Positions 51,368 through 60,000 of a stretch of DNA of 60,000 nucleotides are shown here, piece after piece. Every line of letters begins with the position of its first letter. Within the stretch, counting starts at the first letter, position 1. Position numbers and translations under genes: made by a program. The stretch is from Lytechinus pictus (Eukaryota): the NCBI RefSeq assembly GCF_037042905.1, contig NC_087250.1, positions 18,478,001 to 18,538,000 of the forward strand. The letters are read 5' to 3'. The notes under the pieces were generated by a model. It saw only the letters and a program-made list of their open reading frames with translations, was not told the origin of the DNA and ran no database searches.

Positions 51368-54300
51368 CAGGCGCGGATCCAGGATTTCGTGGGGAGGGAG
51401 GGGGGGCCAAATTTGAACTGATTTTTGGCGCCCATATGTGTACTTTTCGAAAAATGGCGCCCACTCCCTCCCGGCCAGGCTAACTTAAGTGCCTTAAATG
51501 GATTTTGAATTATCTTATAATCACATTAAGAAAAACCAAAGACCACTTTTTCATGTGTTCTTGAAAAAAAAAACCATGAGTATATAATGTAATATCAATG
51601 GGAGCGCGAAGCACGAGCGATCTTCTTTTTTTTTTTTGGGGGGGGGGGGGGGGGGGTTCAATTTGGTTTAACTTCTAACCAGAGTAGGCCCTACTAGAAT
51701 ATTGTGTGAACGGGAGCTGTAGTTTCTGTACTGTTGTGTTAGAATAACCTTCAATAATATTAATGATAACCTCTTGGGAATAATGCAATCCCGAAGCAAT
51801 CGACTAATAATTATCCTCATCAGGGGCGTATTTATTCAGCATGGGTGCACGGGGGGGGGGGGGGGGGGTGGCGAGGGCACCAAGTTAAAAAAATAAATGA
51901 AATGGGGGGGGGGAACGTCAAAGAAAATCTTCATTCTTAAAAACAAATTGAGGTATCTCACAAGGCCTAAATAAATAATGAGAACGCGAAGCGCGATCTG
52001 TTTTTGTTTAAATAGATTTTCCATGTATTATATCCTGAAAGCCTAAGTCAGGGGCGGACCAAGCTTCCGTCAATAGGGCGAGGGGCCATTTTTCACCCAT
52101 ATTTTCCCCGATCGGCCGCTCAAAGTTGATTTTTTTTTCTTTGAAGGGGTTGTCCCAGTGCCGTAACGAGCCAACAATTTCGAGGGGGCTCGATATGGTG
52201 TATCGCATAAAATTAATAAGAAGTTGCCAGTGAGCGAAGCGAGCAAGCAAATATGCTGACATGTTTATTACAAAAATACAAGGTTGTGATAGATTTTGAC
52301 ATAATATTTAGAAAATAATATTATATTTCATCCTAATCCCTTTCCTTTTCTCTCTATTTTTTCTTAGCCTTGATTCTCTCTTCTTTTTTTTTTTTTTTGG
52401 GGGGGGGGGCAAAACACCCATGTCCTAACAGTCATTTCCTAGCTTTACTTTATAAGCAACATAAATGTGTAATAATCTCTTAAGCCCTATGTAATCTAAA
52501 AATGAAATTTTATGTATTTTGTCCTGAAAATTGAACATTTTGGGCAAAGTTTGTGAATCTGAACAGGACGCGTATGTAACTAGATAATTACCACGAGCGC
52601 GAAGCGCGAGCAGAAATGTTAAATATTCGTTCTGGCCTGGTTGAAAAGGGACCTGTTACGGATGTTTTGCAGTTAGCCATTAAGACGATACATATTTCAA
52701 CGATGAAATAATGCGAGTGCGAAGCGCGAGCTGAACATTTTTGATATTCCAACCTAAAAAGATGAGATTTCAAATCCTTAATGGGACATTCGATTCATGT
52801 TTGGCAATCATGAAAAAGGATGGGTATCTTCCTACAATAATGATGCGAGCGCAAAGCGCGAGCAGAAAATTTTTGATATTCTGATTCGAAACTGGATAAT
52901 CTTAAAACGTTTTGAATAAGATCAAGCTTTGTATCCCAAAAACATGCGTGCGCGTGTTTTAGAGTTAGACAGAATCCTGGCAATTTGAATACATTTCATT
53001 TTTCATCATAAAAATCAATAATGCAAGCGCAGAGCCCGAGCTGAAAATATTATTTGAAATTCCGATATGAAAAGGGTCAATTTAAGCACTGTTTACAGCA
53101 CTGTGTATATAGGGAAATTTGATAGCACTATATAAATAATGCGAGCGCGAAGCGCGAGCTGATATTTTATTATTCATTTGACCTAGGATCGAGACATTAA
53201 TTTTTTAGGCCTAAGGACATTTTGTCATAATATAAGAATGATGACTATCATCTATTTCTTTTCCTAAAACTTGTTGCTATTTATTTCTGAAAAAGGGACA
53301 ATTTAGTTATTATGAATTCATACAAATTTTATTTCATATTTATTAATCTGTTAAGCCTAATGAGTGTGTGAAATTTGTTGACAGTGCATGAGGCCTGAAA
53401 ACTGGATATTTTAAGTATTTTTGTAATCATGAATAGGATTCATTGGTTGATATATTTTTAGCAAATAATGCGAGCGCAAATTGAGATCCGGAATTTTTTA
53501 ATGGGGGGATTTAAGTAGTTTGTTATAGAATTAATATACATGTATAGGTATACATAACTCACCTATCAAAATGCGAGCGCACAGCGCTTGCTCATAGGCC
53601 TTTTTTTATTTTTTTACAATCGAGACACCTGAAAAGGTATATTTAGAGAATCTTATATGAAATATAATAAGACAATAGGTAGGCCTACTTGGCAAATAGT
53701 GCGAGCGCACAAAATGTTGCAAATGTTGATTCAAACCATAAAACGGACATTTTCCAGAGCACTTAAAAACATAAATTGGTAAATAAAACAAAATAATGAA
53801 AGATCGATGTCCGAGCTGAATTATGTTTTGTATATTGATATCAAAACTTGATATTTTAAACTACATATCAGCCTATTGAGCAAGATAATCTCATCGAACA
53901 GGCAATGCGCGAGCGCGATGCGCGAGCGAAACTTTAATTTAGTGAGAAAGTCTTCTCCTGACCTTCTTTTATTCACTCGTCTTCCTCCTTTTTTGTTTTG
54001 TCTTCTTTTTTCTCCTTTCTTTCCCCCTTTTTTTCTTTCCCCGTTTTTCACAATTTATTTGCTCTGTCAATAGGGGGGAGGTTGCCCTCGGGCCGCCTCG
54101 ATCCGCCTATGTTAGTAGTTGTTATGATGAACACGATGCATATCTATTAAGAAATGAATGCGACCGCGAAGCGCTTGCTGAAAACTTTTATAATGATGAA
54201 ATGAAAAATACATTTTCAGTTGTCAGGTTAGAATATCAAATATTTTCAGCTTGTGCTTCTCGTTCGCATAAAAAACTATAAGGTCGGGATGCGTATATAA

Positions 54301-56136
54301 CTAAACAATTTATTGATGCCAGCGCGAAGCGCGAGCTCAATTTTTTATATACTGACTTAAGAAGGACTATGGTATAATTCCTATTCTAATTGCTTGTCCT
54401 TTTTCTCTTCCTTTTTTCTGTTTCTTACGCCTTTTTTGCGCCACCATGGGGGGGGGGGGGGGGGGCAAAATCTTTGCCCCCCTGGATCGGCCTATGTATG
54501 TTGACTTGAAAAACACTAACACTTACATGTGGGATTGAAGCAGAGGATGCATACCTAATTAATCAAATATTGCGAGCGCGTAGCGCGAGCTGAATTTTAT
54601 AATAACCCTTTTTTGTGACTCTGAACAGGGTATCTATCTCGCTAAACAGACTTAAAACTCGAAAACATTGTTTTTCTGTTATCGTAAAAACGGGATATTT
54701 TAATTCAGCCGCATTAACTTAAGTTTTTTGGGCAGGACATATATTTCACTATAAACAGGTAATACGAGCAATGATGTGCCCCCGGTCGAAAATGAATTTG
54801 CATGAAGCCCTCTAAGTTCAAGGTCAATTTGGCGCCCTCGGTTGAACATAAACTTTGGCCCCCATGTGAAATATAACTTTGCCCTCGCTCCCCGTCTCTG
54901 AAACATGTATTTGTCGCATTATGGTCAAAATTCAAATTAGCGCTCCCCTAGTTCTAACATCAATTTGGTGCCCCGTTAGATCGAACATCAATTCGGCGCC
55001 CCATAGTTCGAACGTCATTTTGGCGCCACCAAATCGACGTCCAGGGGGGCGTTTCATGAAAGGACTTGTCGGACGTTTTATCCATAGAGATGTATACTAA
55101 TAACGCGTACATCTCTATGGTTTTATCCGACAAGTCCCATTTTATCCGACAGTTACCATAGTAACAGTACCTCTCAGCCAATCAACATCAGAGAAAGATG
55201 TCAGATCTGACAACTTGTCGGATGAAAATGTGGATGAAATACTCCCCTGGTCAACATCCGTTTCCCATCTCCTTTTCTTTCTTTTTTATTTCTCTTATCC
55301 TCATTCCCCTTCCTTCCTTTCTCTTTCTTTCTCTCTTTCTTTCCCCCTCTTCTTTTCCCCCTATCTTTTCTTTCCCCCTTTTCTTCTCTTTTTCTGTCTT
55401 TTCTTTCCCTCTTTTCCTCTCTCTTTTCTCGTTTTTCCCCTCTCCCCCCCCCCCTCTCTCTTTTTTTCTTCTCTTTTCCTCTCTTCCTCTCTCTCTCCCT
55501 TTTCTTATCTTTCTTCCCATCTTCCTCTCTCTTTAAATATTATTCTCTTCCTTCCTCCTTTTTCTTCTTCTTTTCCCCTTTTCCTTACTCTGGTCTTTTA
55601 TTTTCTTTCTTTTCCCTCTTCCACTTTTTTCTCTTTCCCCTTTACTTCTCCCTTTTCTTTTTCTTTCCTTTCCCCCTTTTTTTTTTCTCTTTTAATCTGT
55701 TTTTCTTCCCTCCCTCCCCTTTCTCCCTCTCTCTCTTTCTTCTCTTCTTTTCCCCTCTTCCTCTCTCTCTCTTTTTTCTTATCTTTCTTCCCATCTTCCT
55801 CTCTATTCAAATATTCTTCTCTTCCTTCCTCTTTTTTTCTTCTTTTTCATCCTTTTCCTTTCTTTTCTTTTCTTCTTTTTCCCTCCTCTTTTTTCTTTTT
55901 CTTTCCCCTTTTTTTCTCCCTTTTTTTCATTGTCTTTCCTTTCTCCTTTTTCTTCTCTTTTTTTTCTTCTCTTCCTTTCTCCTTCTTACTCTCTTTTCTA
56001 TTCTCTTCTTTTCCCATCTTCCTCTTTCTTTTTTTATTCTCTCCCTTTTCCCCTCTTCCCCCTCTATTTTGAGCTGGGGGTGGGGGTGAGGCAGTTCCCC
56101 CTCGGCCCCCCCCTGGATCCACACGATCCACACCTG
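51368..56136. mobile_element. 4.8-kb hAT-like composite element
   Basis: caggcgcggatccagg / cctggatccacac...cctg ends, 8-bp TSD ATAGAACC. Internal gcgagcgcgaagcgcgagc arrays, further MITEs and a pyrimidine tract. Confidence 0.8.
55260..56070. repeat. Long polypyrimidine low-complexity tract
   Basis: ~800 bp almost entirely C/T on the + strand. Confidence 0.9.
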
Positions 56137-56651
56137 ATAGAACCCCATGGCCTCGTATCATTTGACCTTTGGACCTCTCGATGACATTTGATATATCTGA
56201 TCATAATTTTACACACACTGCGGACTATCGGACCCGCGGTCTATCGGACCCGCGGACTATCGGACCCGCGGTCTATCGGACCCGCGGTCTAACGGACCCG
56301 CGGTCTATCGGACCCGCGGTCTATCGGGATGTCCCCATATAATCATCATGACCATGACCATCACCATCATCATCACCCATCACCAACACCATCATCATCA
56401 TCAACATCCTCATCACCATCATTATCATCACCAACATCATTTATCACTTGCCATTATCATCAAGATTTAATTTAAAAAAAAATTATTTTCATTTCATGAA
56501 AATTTATTTTACAAAATATGAACAAGTGAATGGATTCATGCTCCTGGCACTGAATTAACAAACAAGATTTTAGCCATGGACAAAAAAAAGTAATACAAAG
56601 GTGATTTATTACACTGACATACAAACCCCACTTTATATTTCATTTCCTTAA

Positions 56652-57255
56652 AGGACAAGTCTACCCCAACAAAGAGTTGATTTGAACAAAAAGAGAAAAA
56701 TCACACAAGCATAACACTGAAAATTTCATAGAAATAGATGTAAAATAAGAAAGTTATGGCATTTTAAAGTTTCGCTTAATTTCACAAAACAATTTTACAT
56801 GCACATACCGGTCAGTACGCAAATGAGGGAACTGATGACATCACTCACTTTTTCTTTTGTATTTTATTATATGAAATATTCAAAATTTCTCCTCATTGCC
56901 CTGTGAAACAAAGTTTTATTTCTCCCTGAACATGTGGAATTACCATTGTTTTACATTATATGGCTCGGTCAAGTTGGTCCTTATTGTCAAATCTGTAAAA
57001 ATTGAAATGTTGTATTGTCCCTATTACCGATATTCAAACAATAAAAAACAAAAGAAATAGTGAGGGACGTCATTGATTCTCTCATTTCCACGTCACTGAG
57101 TTGTGCATATCACTGTTTTGTGAAAAATAAGCGAAACTTTAAAATGTCATAACTTTCTTATTTTACATCTGATTTTCATGAAATTTTCAGCATTATGCTT
57201 GTCTGATTTTTCTCTGTTGATTCAAATCAATATTTTTCTGAGGTGGACTTGACCT
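56652..57255. mobile_element. Kolobok-like MITE, same family as 28313 and 29637
   Basis: ttaa|aggacaagtctacccc ... aggtggacttgacc ttaa. Confidence 0.85.
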
Positions 57256-58667
57256 TAATCCCCCTCTCCTTTTCCCATCTTTCTCCTTTCCTATCTTTCT
57301 CTCTTCTATACTCTTTTGCTCTGCCATATCATGAAAAAAAAGCTTCAACAAGTTTTAAAAAGGAGACCCCTTTCAACCATCAAATGAATTCCAAATGTTA
57401 CTAAATGTCTACTACTTCAAATATCATTCTATATTCACTCTAATCTTAGATGGGGTCCAAAGTGGGGTGGGGGGGATTTACATGTATTACCACATTTCTT
57501 TGAGATTTAAGATTGGGGGGGGGGGGGGGTGGGCTTGCTGGTTTTTTCCAGGACCAAATGCTTAGCAGCCCCTTAACCCATTTTGCCTTCTATCATTTTG
57601 ATAAAAAATGCAACTTGGCCCATGCATGACTTGGTCAAATACTAGCATGGTTTAATTGCTATTTAGTCTAACATCAACTTGATCTATTCATCATCATGAT
57701 CTTTGTCAAATAAGCATTTGGTTAATTAACAGTATTCATTCAATCATATCAACTATAAAGGGGGTGTTGCAAGAAAATATTTGCAATCAATCGTAAATAT
57801 TATGTTGCAATTTTACAACTGGGTACCATCGTACAAAGAGTTGATCCAATCAATCGCAGCTATGGAAAGCCAGCAAAGTCAACATATATAATGCATGTTT
57901 GTTAAAAAAAAATTCTAGATATGAATGTATATCGATAAATTCATTGATTTCTTGACAATTTGGTGTGTTCTCCTTTGTTTACAAAGGACATTTTGCAAAT
58001 TTCCTGTCGAAAAAATTACGACACTAATAGATTTCCATAGAGCTACGATTGATTGGATTGATTGTAACTCTTTGTAAGACGGGGCCCTGAAATTACTTTT
58101 AGCTGTAGCCAATCAGATCACACTCCTTGTTGCAAGAAACAGATTTGAAATCAATCACAAATTTACAATTAATGACAAGACGTATGGTCATTTAAGGGAC
58201 CAAAATTAAACTTGCAATTGATCATAAGTTTCTTGCAATGCCCAATTAGTGGTGTTTATAGACCAGGTGGATATTACACAAAATTGTTATAACTTAAAGA
58301 TAAATACCAGGTAACGATCTCAAAATGAGTTTGAACAGATTCCAATGAAATTACCACCTAAGTGTTGTATATATAAATAAAAAATATGGGCCAAATAACT
58401 CTGGAACAAAACCTACACAAGTTACGACATTAATTTCCTTCAGCAAGAAATTCATCTCCAGTGTGCTGCATAATGTGGCCGTCCCTTTACCTAAAAGTGG
58501 GACTGTCCCTATATAGGTTTAGCTGGCAGGTATATAATAGAATAGTTGGGGTGAGATGAACATAAAGCCACTAAAAGCAGGTGTAGATCAATTGTGACCT
58601 ACCACCCTAAAACCACCAATAAGTCGCCAGGTAAGGTTCTACGTAAATAGCCAAAATAGTAATTTAG

Positions 58668-58702
<35 letters not shown>

Positions 58703-59515
58703 ATCTGAAAGAGCAATTCTTCTTCTTCATACTGTAAAAATTTGAAGTCGTGAAACTGAAAAAAAAGAAAGATACAAGAGTTTCTTGGACACTACTTTTT
58801 CGGACTGCTTGGAAGTTTAACTGAGATTATGCACATCTCGTGCTTGAGTGAACCCCAAACTTCAAACCTTGTTTTCTCCATATTTTTTGAGCTCTTGCTG
58901 AATTTCCTCTGCATTCAATCAAGTACTTGTAATGGTTATTGTTGGTCAATTTTAATATATCATATATCATTTTAAAGCTTAGGAAATGAATTTTCAAGCT
59001 CAATAAAAATCTCAATTTTCATTTGGGTCGACTTATTGTTGGTTTTGGGTACGTAGGTCATAATTGGCAATTTTACCCCCTCCAATAGGAAAAGGGACAG
59101 AGTCACGGGGTGATGACACATATAAGCCAAACGTAAACTGAAGCTGTTGGAGGCAACTCGACTTATGTGTATCACCTCCCTTCTTCGCCGGCTCAGACTG
59201 AGTCCACCTCTGGGTGTGGTTTGAAGGTACCTTCAACGCCAGATCCAGTCCTGCAATTAGATTGCGTACCCCCCCCCCAAGCCGAAATCAGAATAACATT
59301 TTTTTACGTGAAAAGTCGATCAGGTCACACGTGAGTAGGAGAAGTGAAGATGGTTTAAGAGTAGACACACGATTACAGGCCTCAGTCCATGTGTATATCG
59401 GGGGGGATGATGATCTCGAGGCGGCTTCAGTCCACTTTCGGCCTATCACCTAAATTGCAGGCGTGAAGGTGGCTTCAAACCTTGCATCTGAGGTGTAGGT
59501 GTATCAGGGGCCATA

Positions 59516-59826
59516 GGCCCGTATTCTTAAGTCGGTTTAACTTAAACTCAGGTTTAAAGTTGTGGTTTAAGTATGGACAGCCAATTGTTACATAAATCAC
59601 TAACAGTTGAAATATCATAATTCAGCTCATTTGGCCCTCAAATCATTCATAATTGTCTAGGAAGTATGAATAAATCATTGTCTACACCATCGATGAATCA
59701 GGAAAGAGCATAGTAAACATAATAAACATACAACTGAATAAAAAAATTTGATACTTTTAGCTTCCCATACTTAAACCACAACTTTAAACCTGAGTTTCAG
59801 TTAAACCTGACTTCAGAATACGGGCC
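59516..59826. mobile_element. Harbinger-like MITE
   Basis: ggcccgtattct / agaatacgggcc with long inverted arms, 3-bp TSD ATA. Confidence 0.8.
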
Positions 59827-59896
59827 ATAGAGTTCAAGTAGCCGGAGCATGTCTTACAATAGCTAGAGGAGGAATGGTCGGAGGGATATTAAGGCA

Positions 59897-59988
59897 TCAT
59901 TCAAACGCTAAATGAACATTCCTCTCTTGGTCTCTCTTGATGATCTCATACTGTCTGGTAACCTCGTCGACCTTTCGCTGAACAAGAC
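59897..59988 (-). CDS. Possible terminal coding exon of an unidentified neighbouring gene (...LVQRKVDEVTRQYEIIKRDQERNVHLAFE*)
   Basis: TTGATTTCATAG| acceptor, 29 codons of natural-looking helical peptide, then TGA. Upstream exons would be outside the window. Confidence 0.45.
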
Positions 59989-60000
59989 CTATGAAATCAA

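Larger units (their letters stand above)
50187..56336. mobile_element. Foldback (TU-like) element with 16-bp minisatellite arms, expanded by nested insertions
   Basis: 8 x ccgatag(a/t)ccgcgggt at 50196-50322 and 7 inverted copies at ~56217-56327. The inner inverted arms continue. 8-bp TSD ATATAATC. Confidence 0.88.

Noticed and set aside
55198..56184. Long F/S/L-rich and K/E/R-rich ORFs
   Set aside because: Artefacts of the polypyrimidine tract.
59135..59453. Open frames on the + strand near the right edge
   Set aside because: No recognisable motifs or convincing splice sites; more likely UTR or intergenic sequence.

Overview
AT-rich, repeat-dense animal genomic DNA. The MITE and SINE repertoire suggests an echinoderm, probably a sea urchin (inference). 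The main gene is a minus-strand A1CF-like (A1CF/RBM47/RBM46 family) three-RRM RNA-binding protein. Five coding exons can be spliced in frame (27953-27261, 4129-3955, 3423-3237, 2466-2310, 1492-1409), and the gene continues past the left edge. Its 23.1-kb first intron contains three notable structures: an array of duplicated splice acceptors and exon fragments next to the RRM3 exon; a Helentron/HINE-like element with a nested 5-bp-TSD transposon; and a hAT MITE enclosing a 6.1-kb two-ORF LINE with intact APE-RT. The upstream 30 kb is mostly nested transposons: Kolobok-, hAT-, Harbinger- and Tc1-like MITEs, a 9.8-kb Academ-like element carrying decayed LINEs, and a foldback (TU-like) element with 16-bp minisatellite arms. 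A possible terminal exon of another gene lies at the right edge. No prokaryotic systems, CRISPR arrays, or true tRNA/rRNA genes were seen.
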